From Macrostomum lignano (taxonomy: Eukaryota): a stretch of 64,000 bases of DNA. Within the stretch, counting starts at the first letter, position 1. Each line of letters begins with the position of its first letter. This document shows, in pieces, positions 36,772-58,122 of this stretch. The translations under genes were made by a program, and so were the position numbers. The notes under the pieces were generated by a model. It searched no databases, was not told the origin of the DNA, and saw only the letters and a program-made list of their open reading frames with translations. The DNA lies in assembly GCA_002269645.1 (NCBI GenBank), contig NIVC01001068.1, positions 1 through 64,000 on the forward strand, in the 5' to 3' direction.

Positions 36772-37115
36772 TAGGCAGATTTTTACTGTAGTGCAAACTG
36801 ATTTTTCGACTAAGCGCCTTTCTATCCATCCCAATCAGAAGTGTCAGTGCGTGTAGATCCCCTGAAATGCCGAAAATTTGCATCAATACGCTCCATCTAC
36901 GCTAATCTCCGAGCTGCCCATCGGATGAACAACCCAATCCAGTTCAGTCACGTGCTTACCAGTTCCCCAGCCGGTCTCTGCGCTGGACTTGCCAAGGTGG
37001 AGAAAAAAATCTGGTATGGACCTGGCAGCCCCACAGAGACAGTTCATTTTTCTAGTCATCCCAGCGGGGGGTGGGGAGTCCGCACCCGCCAATGGGGAGG
37101 GTCAGGCTTTATTTA

Positions 37116-40890
<3,775 letters not shown>

Positions 40891-41931
40891 CCTTTTGAGC
40901 TGAGCCTGTACATAAGTAAATTAATTAGTGCACGCATGGAGATTTTTCAGCGACCTTCTAATAACCGCACAATTGTAGGACTGAATATACTTGATATTGG
41001 CCCATTTCAAGTCGAAAGATTAATAATTGAACACTTTTTAAAAAACTTCTTAATAAAAATGGATTTGTCTTCATTATACGCTACTTATGCATTTAATTCA
41101 AAAGTAGTATAATTTTAGTCTGACGCACAGATACTATAACCCTAGATAGCTAGTTCACTCTTGTTTAGATTTTTGCAACTACTCTTTGGTTAGTAGCGTG
41201 AACGAACATGGATGCGTCAAACGAGCAGTGCCATGCACACGCTGACGCTCACCCAAAGAGTAGACACTTTTTTGAGCCATAGACTATAACACAAAATGGC
41301 TTAACTCAATGCAGAGTGAAATATCGTGTTTTATTATCTGTGGTCTGACGTTACGTGATGCACGCCTCGGCAGTGTGATAGACTTTTGTATACCTTAACA
41401 CTCCCTGATTGTATTGAGTAAAACCGCTACAGATTATGCTACTATGGTGTATGGCTACTGGAGCAATTGCCAGAATGGTCAAGAATTGAATCATCCGTGG
41501 CCCCACCCCCCTTCCCAGTTTTAATAGCTAGTTTATAGCTAGCTAGCTGACTGAACCTCTGCTGGTGGCGCAAGTTTCAAGTCTAAGAAGTCAGAGAATC
41601 CCCCCCCCTAGTCCCCATACTCGGCAGTGCGTTGAGTAGCTATGCGATACTCAAGATCTTCGAAGCGAATGCGGGTACGTAGCGAGCCTCCCAGCTGAAA
41701 AATGCATAGTTCCTCCCCTGCTATGTGCTTGACTACAGTTGGAATTTCCCATTGCTGTCTATATATCTTCTGCCGACTCAACTCTGCTAGACTCTCTGCA
41801 GTCGTTTTATGCTAACAAGCTCTCTTGGACTATATAGCAAGCAAACCTACTATTCTAACTTGTTCCCTATCTCCGAGAGCAAATCAAAACCCAGGTATTT
41901 ATTGTCGATAGATAAGATATTGAAACAGAAA

Positions 41932-43691
41932 ATGGTGATGGACATCGGACTGTTTGGCACGCTGCGCAAGTTGAAGATCGCCAGCTCCACCCTGCGCATT
42001 GATGACGACTTTATTGACAGGTTGAATCATTACTACACGGCTATCGTGATTGTTGTGTTCACGTTTATCATTTCGGCTAAGCAGTATGTTGGTGAGTTCA
42101 GGTCGCTATTAATTACTTGAACTTAACTGAAGTTAACAGACATCTTGGATGCTCTGTTTAGATGGGAAATTTCTCACCAACTGCAAAGATGTCTAAATAG
42201 AACCATTTCTTTTATAATTATAGGGTAGGAGAATGCTCAAACCATTTCTAACGGCGAACTCTCAGCTCCCCTGCACTCTCCCCTCACTCCTCTCTCCATC
42301 TCTCCTTCCCATCCTCTCTACCACTTGTAAGTTCCCTCTCTCCCTTCTCCGGACAAAGGAAAAGGTGACTTGTCTTTCTGCTACAGCTAATAGTTCCTAA
42401 AATAGGTACTAAAAGAAGTACCCTCTGTGGATACAGCGACAAAAAGTTACGCCCGTCGAAAGACTCTTTGAAACAGAAACTGTCCTCTCCAAGCAGACAA
42501 TCGTGCTCAGAGTTTCAGAAGTTCCATATTTACAGGCATTATTTTTATAGATGTCCCTGACTGTAGGCCCTCTAAAATCTCAAACCCGCAGGTCAGCCAC
42601 TGCAGTGCTGGGTGCCAGCTCAATTCACCACTGCAATGGAGCAGTACGCTGAGAACTACTGCTGGATTCAGAACACCTACTACCTGCCTTTGCGTCACAC
42701 AATACCTAAAGAGCACAGTCATCGTAACGACAGAAAAATTGGCTACTACCAATGGGTGCCATTCATGCTAGTCTGCCAGGCCCTGCTATTCTACCTGCCT
42801 AACATTGTGTGGCGCCTGCTCAACTGGGAGAGCGGCATTAACTTCCGCGCAATCAATCGAATGACAAGCGACGCGCAGAACGTGAACCCGGACAGTCGGG
42901 GCAAAACCATTCGCGCCATCGCCAGGCACATCGAGGACGCGCTGCGTTATCAGAAACGCGAGCGTCGGGACTGTCTTGGCCAGCTCAGGCAGGCTGCCAA
43001 TAAGTTTCTGCTCTGCTCCAGGCGTCACGGCGTCTTCCTTAGTCTGATGTACTTTCTCGTCAAGCTGCTCTACATCTGCAATTGTGTTTGTCAGTTCTTT
43101 TTGCTCAACGCCTTCCTAGGTAGTCCGTATCAGTTTTTCGGTTGGGAACTGTTAATTAACATGATATCGGGCGTCACCTGGGAGGAGTCGGGCCAATTCC
43201 CGAGGGTGACAATGTGCGACTTTGAAATCCGCGTGTTGGGCAACCTGCACCGGCACACGGTTCAGTGCGTCCTAGTGATCAACCTGTTCAACGAAAAGAT
43301 CTTCGTGTTTCTCTGGTTCTGGCTGTTTCTAGTTGCCGTAGCTACGGTGATGTCGTTCTTCACCTGGCTGTACAAGCACGCCCTGCCACCGATGAGGCAC
43401 CAGTTCGTCCTGAGCAGCCTCCGCATGGCCGATCCAAGCGTTAGACGCGACTCACGCGACGTCGCTGTCAGGCACCAGCTAGAGAACTTTGTGAGCCAAA
43501 ATCTGCGCTGCGACGGGGTGTTCGTGCTGCGCATGCTCGCCATCAATGCTGGAGAAATAATTTCGGCCGAAGTTGCTAGGGAGATGTGGCTGTCCTACAG
43601 AGGAGACTGCAAACGGCCTTTGCAAACAGGCAATGCTAACGGCCCGGATCAGCACATGATGGGAGCTGGAGACGATCAAAGTGTGGTGTGA
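41932..43691 (+). CDS. inx: Innexin gap-junction protein. Exons 41932-42091 and 42592-43691; 419 aa.
   Basis: DDFIDRLN; KQYVGQPLQCWVP; ENYCW; YYQWVPF; FPRVTMCDF; QCVLVIN..NEKIFVFLWFW; four extracellular Cys. Confidence 0.96.
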
Positions 43692-44116
43692 CATCCATCT
43701 AGCTGGGGCCCATTTCATAAAGCATTTGTCGGACAAATTACAAGGAACAATTGCAACGACTCTGCAAAATGATGCGTTTCATAAAAAAACAGCTGCAACT
43801 TGACAACTTTCGTCGATAGACATGCACTGAGATGGATGCCTCTGCATTAAAATACTTCCTCTTGTCTTGAGTGTTTGTCTGTTTGAGATGACGCTGTGGC
43901 ACTTGTACGAGTAGCCTTCTTGAATGAGAGGATTAAAGCCGGAGAATAACGCAGAGGTCATCACGTCTGTCTCAGACACGGATCCTATAAAATTGTGGTT
44001 TGCGGTCTAAAGGCTTGATAATTTTCATATGGTGTTTTAAACATAGACATAAAATTAGTTATTTTTAACCTGAGTAAGGCCCCATGTTTATGAAACTAAA
44101 ATATTTGACGCTTGAA

Positions 44117-44583
44117 ACTTGTCACTTGTCACTTGCCATTTGTCGATTTGTCACTTGTCGACTTGTCACTTGTCGGCTTTTCACTTGTCGACTTCTCACT
44201 TGTCGACTTGTCACTTGTCGGCTTGTCACTTGTCGACTTGTCACTTTGTCGACTTGTCACTTGTCCACTTGTCGACTTGTTACTTGTCCACTTGTCACTT
44301 GTCGACTTGTCGACTTGTCACTTGTCACTTGTCGACTTGTCACTTGTCACTTGTCGACTTGTCACTTGTCACTTATCGACTTGTCACTTGTCACTTGTCG
44401 ACTTGTCACTTGTCACTTGTCGACTTGTCACTTGTCACTTGTCGACTTGTCACTTTATCGACTTGTCACTTTGTCGACTTGTCACTTGTCCACTTGTCAC
44501 TTGTCCACTTGTCACTTGTCCACTTGTCACTTGTCCACTTGTCACTTGTCCACTTGTCACTTGTCGACTTGTCGACTTGTCAC
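44117..44583. repeat. Short-unit array of CACTTGT/CGACTTGT motifs
   Basis: Direct reading; many GTCGAC palindromes. Confidence 0.93.
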
Positions 44584-45562
44584 CTGCAGCTTTTTTATGA
44601 AATCGGCTCCCGACACATAAATCTCTTGCAGTTGAGTCTGGTCTGAAGGATTTTTATCAGGTTTTTTAACTCCCAAAAAAGCTATCAGTCATATTATATT
44701 TAAAGCTGGATTTTTGCTTGACCCAAGCTATTCTCTGAATTTTATCAGAGAAACTTTTTATCAAATTTAATCACTTTCCAATAGTCAGTCCAGCGCTAGC
44801 GACTTCAAATGCTTAAAAGAACTGTTCATACTAATATCAATATGGGTTGCCAATCAAAAAAGTGAAAATTCGGGGGAAAGGGCCGGCCCTTCTTACCCAC
44901 GAACCCGAATGTCCATAAGTTTATAAAGTGTTTTTCATTTTAAGCAACTTGATCAAAACCATATGAAATTTCACCTAGCTAGTGCATTTTCGGTCACTAA
45001 ATATCAAAGCATCACATCGACTGCCATTGTGATTGCTGCATGCATCTATCAATATTCATTACATTTTGTACGAATTATTGTTCCAATGTGTGACGCCAGA
45101 ATTTAACTAACCCCATTTTTTGTTGTTGAATAATTGTAATTTAAGTTCCTCTTCGCGTCAATGAAAATCAGTAGAAAAAAAACTGTTCTGCTTTAAAAGC
45201 ATTCACCAGAAAATTGCTTCAGCCGTTACGCATTGTGATTTAATTGTTGATATTGTCATTATATGCATGCAACCTGGTATGAAACACGGGTGATGTCTAG
45301 TTTATAGTATTTCATTGAATTTTTTTCAAAACCAACAGAATTAAGTAAAAAACAGTAAGGATTAATATGGGATAAATATGATAAATATGAGAAAGCGTGA
45401 ATATGAAAAGTTTCTAGCGTATGATGAGACCTCGACTTTCTTAGAAATGAGCTGGAGGCTGTACACATATTCTTGATGATTCTCACTAAGTAACCTCCAC
45501 TGCCAGAGACAATAAAATTAACGCATTGAGCCAAAGTGCGATCGGTTGAACACTTTCCACTA

Positions 45563-45846
45563 CCATAGACAAAACGTGTCCCGCGAATACAGGGAGCGGA
45601 GAGTTCTCATAATCTCCGCGAATCTAGTCAATATTCTCCGCTCCTTGCATTCGTGGGATAGATTTCATTAAACCACTTTAAAGCTCACTTTCAGGGAGGT
45701 TATTGACATAGATTTTATTTTGCGGGATTCAATCGATCACTTTCCCGGACATATTGCAAGGATTATTGTATGTATCTAAATATGCGAGCTTCTCTCTTCT
45801 CTTCCTTCGTGACTCGAGAAATTTCTTAATGAAAATTTGTCTATGG
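45563..45846. mobile_element. MITE with CCATAGACAAA TIRs flanked by TA
   Basis: CCATAGACAAA at 45563 and TTTGTCTATGG ending at 45846; TA on both sides. Orphan CCATAGAC ends also occur nearby (about 45918 and 46110). Confidence 0.6.
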
Positions 45847-46316
45847 TAAGAATGTGGGGGCTTCGCCGCACACCCCCAGCAGGGGCTTAGCCCCCACACT
45901 CCCATCCCCAACTTCAACCATAGACATACAAGTATGGCTCCGGGATTTATCTGAATACATCCCGCAAAATTAGAGTAGTTTAAATAAGATATCGAGCCGA
46001 AGGCTCGAGGGATTTAAGTGAAATACCGACCGAAAAACCCATAGAATATCTTATACATATAGCTAGTGCATTTAATTAGAGAAAGCATATCGCTGCATTT
46101 GAGGTTACACCATAGACAAATTCAGTTGAGAAACATCTGTATTAGTGGATGCACTATACGAATAGCTAGCGATACGGCAAATATACGGTCCTTATCCCGA
46201 CCTCCAGCTCATTTCTAAGAAAATCTAAAGTGTTACTATATTAGCTTTAAAAGTATTGATAGCCGGCATTCAGCGAACTTTGCTCGATCGGTTATAACTA
46301 TTTCGCTTCAGGGGCC

Positions 46317-48481
46317 TTAGTACTCGTAAGTTTCTGAAATTGTTCAGTAATTGTGTGAGTCTTTCGACAATAAATTTTATCCCACAAGCGCTTGTCAATA
46401 CCGATTTTATTTACCGTTCTCTACATCAACGAGTGCAGCTCCACCAGGAGACACTGCAGTGAGTTGACTGCTGTCCCGGAAGCTGGAACTGGCTGATGGC
46501 GACGGATCGCTTTGCAGAGTTTGATGCTGACCTGTTGGTAAAATAAATTTAGTTGAGATGCTGGTATATACTCAACAACATTAAAAAGTCGCCACCTTTG
46601 AGAGTGCGCAGTAAATTCTAGCTCAGTTTTGACTTTTGAGTGACGCAACTTGCGTCACACGACGCAGAGTTGGGCTGGGTGAGGAGGGATCGGGAAGAGC
46701 GGAGGGCGAAGACTGGATGGATTCAAGCTTCCGCCCGGTTTTCATTGCTTTACTTTACCTGCACTCTCAAAAAGTGGCGACCACAGACGGAATCTTCTGT
46801 GATGGCGAATTTTCGATGTTTCTAGGTATACACCACACAAGCGTGCCAGTACTGTACGCATGCATGCAGTCATACATGCAGCGTGTACAGCGGCCTTCTT
46901 GACTTTCTAAACTACAGTACATACGGACGCTTACTAGTAGTAGTGCAAACAGCCAAACGGTCCATTATCTTTGTTTGTCCCGGCTGCAAAGCGCAGACGG
47001 TTTGTTGTTTGCCGTCTACTGCACGACCGCGGTGACTGTTTCCGTTCTTTCTCGCCCGAAGCGCCAGAGTGACAGCGGCTGATAGGAGCAGCACCAGGAG
47101 CAGGCAGCTTGTGACCGCTGTTGCTATCAGGGTGAGCCTTGGTTAGTGGCGAAGGCAAAGGCTAATTATTAACATTCGAGGTTAGGATAGTGTGAAAGCG
47201 ATCGTCTTGCATCCTCACTTAGCTCAAAGACATCAAAGACGTTTTCGCAAGATAGTGGCGCACATAGGGTTAGCCCCAGGGGACCTGATAGTTGCAGGAG
47301 GGCTGTGGTCTTTTGTTCATCGTCTTCGTGCATTGTCCTATAACCTGTGTTGAAGCAGTTCTACCAGCGCGCCTATACAGTAAGCAGCCAAGCACTCATA
47401 CACACGCTGACACAGAATATATACGCTCACATCTTAGGGCACCCCCACAAATGCATATAGAGGAATGTATGCAAATCTAGGAATTTACACTAATGATTGC
47501 TCACTTCATATTCTCTAGCTGCTGTTGATGGTGTGGCTCAGTCGAAGAGGTTTCCAAATCATTGCTCGTACTATAGTCTTTAGATGCTAGCGGAGTTTCT
47601 GTAGTGTAGCAACAGTACCTGCGTGTGCAAATTGTTTCCTTGTCTTTTAATTGATGTTATTATGTGTGCACGTATGATCAGGAATGCCATGAAACGTAGG
47701 ACATTGTTTCACTTTGTCTCACCTGGTGCCGTTCGCGAATTGGCAGCAGGACAAGCCGGAGACTTTGCCGAATGTCAAATCTCGCCATCCGCACGAGAAG
47801 CCCGTCTGCCAGATGTTATCAGCGTCTTTATAGCCGGAGCAGAATACTGCGGTTAGTTGGTTGGTTGGTTGGTTGTTTGCTTCGTTGGTTGTTTAGTTGT
47901 TTGATTGGTTCTTTGGTTATTGGGTTGGTCGGTTGTTCGCTTGGTTGGTTGTTTGGTTGGTTGGTTGGTTGGTTGTTTGGTCGTTTAATTGTTTGGTTGG
48001 TTCTTTGGTTATTGGGTCGTTTGGTTATGTGCTTGGTTGGTCGTTTGCTTGGTTGGTCGTTTGCTTGGTTGGTCGTTTGCTTGTTTTGTTTTTTGGCCGG
48101 TTCTTTGGTTGTAAGCTTGTTTGGTTGTTTGGTTGTTTAGTTGTTTGGTTGTTTAGTTGTTTGGTTGTTTGGTTGTTTGGTTGTTTGTTTGGTTGGTTGT
48201 TTGTTTGGTTGGTTGTTTGGTTGGTTGGTTGTTTGGTTGGTTGTTAATTTGGTTGTTGGTTAGTTCGCTATTTGGTTGTTTGGTTTGTTATCATGTTGGT
48301 TATCTGTTTGGTTGGTTATTTTGGTTGCTAGACTTTGCTATCATATTTTTTCAAGATTAAAATAGATACAACTACAACGCTAGAGAAAGATATCGATGAG
48401 TTAGCATATGCAGATCAAACCAAAAAGATTTATTAAAAGTTGCCTGCATGACTGATGAAGCTTACCTTCCTCTCGATTCAT
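46317..48481 (-). CDS. Shisa-like (SHISAL2/FAM159-type) single-pass protein. Exons 48481-48466, 47846-47723, 47618-47505, 47137-46935, 46531-46415, 46333-46317; 196 aa.
   Basis: Spliced protein MNREEVFCSGYKDADNIWQTGFSCG..SCCQFANGTRYCC shows the C-C-CC-CC Shisa pattern; TM LTLIATAVTSCLLLVLLLSAAVTLAL; all five introns are GT-AG and phase-consistent (591 nt). Confidence 0.82.
47852..48325. repeat. (GTTG/GTTT)n low-complexity tract in Shisa-like intron 1
   Basis: Direct reading. Confidence 0.92.
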
Positions 48482-49465
48482 TGCGCAGCCGGTTTACCCA
48501 ACCAAAAACTCCTTGAACTGGCGTCGGCTTGTCTGAGGAAATTTTACTTCCAACTTTTTAACTCTGCCGAGTTTATAAATCCCCTCTGCCCGTGCCGCTT
48601 CGGCGAAATCGATTCGAAAGCTTTTCGTTTCTCTTTTGGTTCCAGCGATGTGCAGACGATGGGACTACCGCACCTGCCGCAACCGCCAATCTGATTGCCG
48701 AGCGGTCTGAAATTTTGTTAAAACTGCAAAAAATTGTCAAGAAATCTAGGAGGGGGGGGGAATTCACCTGTGCATTTTTATTTGGGCATCGGTTTTTGCA
48801 ATGCCCGGAATCCAGGTAGACATGCTGACAGTCCCGCCACAAAGCGCTGCTGGATTGGGTCCTGTAAATGGCTCGACGAGGGGTAACGGGGGCTGGCGAG
48901 GTTGAAATGTCCAACAGATTGCAGCCTGTAGACTGAAAGCCTGCATTGAAGCATGACTTCGATGGGATGTGGAGGATGGGAAGTACTCGGTGCTTCACGA
49001 CCCCACCCTGCCCCCCCCCATCCCAGGCAGGAAAGTCGCTGTCATTTTTTCCCTTTCCTTTTTTGCGCCGTTGGATTCGCCCAACATAATTTATTGCCCG
49101 CGACAAAAAAGCTTTTTTGATGTTGCAAGCGTTGGCAGTTGCTAGCTGGGAGACTACAGTTCACACCTCTCTTTGGCTTTTCCGTTAGTAACAAACAGGG
49201 AATGATGGTACAGATAAATACATTTTATACTCACCTGAAGTTTTGTAACTCTGTCATCTATCCACCGAAGTGCGACATGGCACTCACTAGAGACTGTAGC
49301 TAGACACCGGATCCCAATCCCGATGCCGTTGAGCACTTTGAGTAGTGCAGTTATCAATAGATATTAAAAAATCCAGCTGTGAACTCTGTTTTCAATTCTG
49401 TGCCACCAGATTCTCAACACCATTTTGTAGTGACTAAAAATTTGCTAAAGTTAGCGCTACCTCAG

Positions 49466-51370
49466 GACTGACACTCCAGACTCTACATGCACTGACACCT
49501 CTGACACTCAAGACTCTACATGCACTGACACCTCTGACACTCCAGACTCTACATGCACTGACACCTCTGACACTCCAGACTCTACATGCACTGACACCTC
49601 TGACACTCCAGACTCTACATGCACTGACACCTCTGACACTCAAGACTCTACATGCACTGACACCTCTGACTCTCCAGACTCTACATGCACTGACACCTCT
49701 GACACTCCAGACTCTACATGCACTGACACCCCTGACACTCCAGACTCTACATGCACTGACGCCTCTGACACTCCAGACTCTACATGCACTGACACCTCTG
49801 ACACTCCAGACTCTACATGCACTGACGCCTCTGACACTCCAGACTCTACATGCACTGACACCTCTGACACTCCAGACTCTACATGCACTGACGCCTCTGA
49901 CACTCCAGACTCTACATGCACTGACACCCCTGACACTCCAGACTCTACATGCACTGACACCCCTGACACTCCAGACTCTACATGCACTGACGCCTCTGAC
50001 ACTCCAGACTCTACATGCACTGACACCTCTGACACTCCAGACTCTACAGCCTCTGACACTCCAGACTCTACATGCACTGACACCTCTGACACTCCAGACT
50101 CTACAGCCTCTGACACTCCAGACTCTACAGCCTCTGACACTCAGACTCTAGATACACTGACACCTCTGACACTCCAGACTCTACAGCCTCTGACACTCAG
50201 ACTCTAGATACACTGACACCTCTGACACTTCAGACTCTACAGCCTCAGACACTCAGACTCTAGATACACTGACACCTCTGACACTCAGACTCTAGATACA
50301 CTGACACCTCTGACACTTCAGACTCTAGATACACTGACACCTCTGACACTCCAGACTCTACAGCCTCTGACACTCAGACTCTAGATACACTGACACCTCT
50401 GACACTTCAGACTCTACAGCCTCTGACACTCAGACTCTAGATACACTGACACCTCTGACACTTCAGACTCTACAGCCTCAGACACTCAGACTCTAGATAC
50501 ACTGACACCTCTGACACTTCAGACTCTAGATACACTGACACCTCTGACACTCCAGACTCTACAGCCTCTGACACTCAGACTCTACAGCCTCTGACACTCA
50601 GACTCTAGATACACTGACACCTCTGACACTTCAGACTCTACAGCCTCAGACACTCAGACTCTAGATACACTGACACCTCTGACACTTCAGACTCTACAGC
50701 CTCAGACACTCAGACTCTAGATACACTGACACCTCTGACACTTCAGACTCTAGATACACTGACACCTCTGACACTCCAGACTCTACAGCCTCTGACACTC
50801 AGACTCTAGATACACTGACACCTCTGACACTTCAGACTCTACAGCCTCTGACACTCAGACTCTAGATACACTGACACCTCTGACACTTCAGACTCTACAG
50901 CCTCTGACACTCAGACTCTAGATACACTGACACCTCTGACACTTCAGACTCTACAGCCTCAGACACTCAGACTCTAGATACACTGACACCTCTGACACTT
51001 CAGACTCTACAGCCTCAGACACTCAGACTCTAGATACACTGACACCTCTGACACTTCAGACTCTACAGCCTCAGACACTCAGACTCTAGATACACTGACA
51101 CCTCTGACACTTCAGACTCTACAGCCTCAGACACTCAGACTCTAGATACACTGACACCTCTGACACTTCAGACTCTACAGCCTCAGACACTCAGACTCTA
51201 GATACACTGACACCTCTGACACTTCAGACTCTACAGCCTCAGACACTCAGACTCTAGATACACTGACACCTCTGACACTTCAGACTCTACAGCCTCAGAC
51301 ACTCAGACTCTAGATACACTGACACCTCTGACACTTCAGACTCTACAGCCTCAGACACTAGATGCACTGA
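49466..51370. repeat. Composite minisatellite: 33-bp unit (ACTGACACCTCTGACACTCCAGACTCTACATGC) grading into a 56-bp unit
   Basis: Direct reading; the unit changes around 50050-50150. Confidence 0.95.
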
Positions 51371-52198
51371 CAATGACCATGTTTTCTGTATCAAGAATTG
51401 TGCAGTTCTAAAATAAATATCTATCTGTGCAACTCGAATCCTTTTTTAATCCAGGGGGCCAAATCTGGAACGCGACGAAAACTTTTTATTTTCTTTTAAT
51501 TATCTGTATAAGCATATTACAGAACCAGTGGGCAATCTGTAGGTCTAGCTGGGAAAAAATACAATATTTTCTCTGAAAGTTAACTCTATAGTTCTGCTCG
51601 AATCTATTGTAATAAAATCGAGTTGATAAACTGATGCAGAAAACTTGTAAATTGCAAAGTCGTATTATTCATGTCATGTAAGTCATAGTCAAAGTAAGGC
51701 TCTGTACACTAAGGATTACGGGATTAACGACTGCATGTGGTCATTAGGCCAGTCTGGTAACTGGAGATGGGTGCTTTATAGTTACAAGCCTTTCTAGTCT
51801 CTTGAGCAGTCTTAATCAGCTTTGAGATTCGAGTGGGTGGCCTGCCTTGACAAGTTAGTAGAGAGCTAACTCTCGGATAAAAGGGAAGGGGGTCGTTTCG
51901 AGTAAGTCGGAGCAAAGGTACTAATACAGTGTGAGTGTACATGTACTCAAAGCGTTTGCAAAGAGACGAGTGACGGTCTATACTACGGATAATAACAATG
52001 AGCTATTCTAAGTAATCGGGAAAATTTCTGATCAAAGAAAACTGAATTGCATGTAGGAATATTATGTCTAGAATATTTCCCGGCATTAGTGAGAAGCAAT
52101 AGTAAAACAATGAAAATAAATATTTTCAAGTACCTAAACAATAAACAGGCGGTTAGCTAGTGACAAATACTCGATCAGTGACATAACGAGCGACATAA

Positions 52199-52727
52199 TG
52201 AGTGACAAAGAGACAAAGAGTGACAAAAAGACAAAGAGTGACAAAAAGACAAATAGCGACAAAGAGATATAGAGTGACAAAGAGACAAAGAGTGACAAAG
52301 AGACAAAGAGTGACAAAGAGATATAGAGTGACAAAGAGACAAAGAGTGACAAAGAGATGATAAAGAGTGACAAAGAGACAAAGAGTGACAAAGAGATATA
52401 GAGTGACAAAGAGACAAAGAGTGACAAAGAGATATAGAGTGACAAAGAGACAAAGAGTGACAAAGGGATAAAGAGTGACAAAGAGACAAAGAGTGACAAA
52501 GAGATATAGAGTGACAAAGAGATATAGAGTGACAAAGAGACAAAGAGTGACAAAGGGATAAAGAGTGACAAAGAGACAAAGAGTGACAAAGAGATATAGA
52601 GTGACAAAGAGATACAGAGTGACAAAGAGATATAGAGTGACAAAGAGACAAAGAGTGACAAAGAGATATAGAGTGACAAAGGGATAAAGAGTGACAAAGA
52701 GATAAAGAGTGATAAAGAATGACAAAC
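52199..52727. repeat. 18-bp minisatellite (GAGTGACAAAGAGACAAA)
   Basis: Direct reading. Confidence 0.94.
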
Positions 52728-52839
52728 ACTTGATAGGCGACATGCAAAAGTAGAGTGCCGCAGAGAAAGTGTCTGAATCCTTATTTGTCCATCGCGTCCA
52801 CTTCCACTATCGAGGTAACCATGGAAACGCGCGGAGCCA

Positions 52840-57210
<4,371 letters not shown>

Positions 57211-57716
57211 TGAAAAATCCAAAAGACTGACGGACAAACAGACAGTCAGACAGGGATATAACGGGTCTTCATTAGAACTCAGAATGGGGATCCATTGCAG
57301 CGGATAATTAATAAGAGGTGAGTAGGATTTGAGCATGGGAGGATGATGCGGAGGTGATGTGGATGAGCAGGAGGCCGCTCATTTGTCCTCTCGGTTGAGA
57401 TCGCATGCAAGCCTCTCCAGTCCCGACTCAACCGGCGCTGCATCCCCTCCTCCCCAGTGAGCACACTGACTCGATCGCGCCCCGCTTTGCTAGCTTTTGT
57501 AAATGAGAAGCAGATCAAGTTGATAGCCATAGATTTGCATCTGGGGGGGGGGTGCATGGGCAGTAGAGACAGGTGCACAGACAGAGAAGGAAATGCGGCA
57601 TGCAACAGCTGCAATCAGGGTGTCGCATCCTCCAGTAGTCCCTGGCCGCGGGTGAAATAATTATTGAACTCAATGATCAAATTTGCGAGCTTTGATATGC
57701 TCAGCGGTTCTTTTCT

Positions 57717-58122
57717 AGAAGACACTGACAAGAAGCATCTCTGACAGGTTTAGAAGACACTGACAAGAAGCATCTCTGACAGGTTTAGAAGACACTGACA
57801 AGAAGCATCTCTGACAGGTTTAGAAGACACTGACAAGAAGCATCTCTGACAGGTTTAGAAGACACTGACAAGAAGCATCTCTGACAGGTTTAGAAGACAC
57901 TGACAAGAAGCATCTCTGACAGGTTTAGAAGACACTGACAAGAAGCATCTCTGACAGGTTTAGAAGACACTGACAAGAAGCATCTCTGACAGGTTTAGAA
58001 GACACTGACAAGAAGCATCTCTGACAGGTTTAGAAGACACTGACAAGAAGCATCTCTGACAGGTTTAGAAGACACTGACAAGAAGCATCTCTGACAGGTT
58101 TAGAAGACACTGACAAGAAGCA
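57717..58122. repeat. 35-bp tandem repeat (AGAAGACACTGACAAGAAGCATCTCTGACAGGTTT), about 11.6 apparently identical copies
   Basis: Direct reading; no spacers. Confidence 0.96.

Noticed and set aside
43689-43772. Innexin stop TGA-C followed by 26 open codons (possible readthrough)
   Set aside because: An open stretch this short is common by chance, and the native end QSVV already looks like a PDZ-binding terminus. No supporting evidence is available.
57717-58122. 35-bp repeat array of CRISPR-like length
   Set aside because: Units are contiguous with no unique spacers, there are no cas genes, and the context is eukaryotic.
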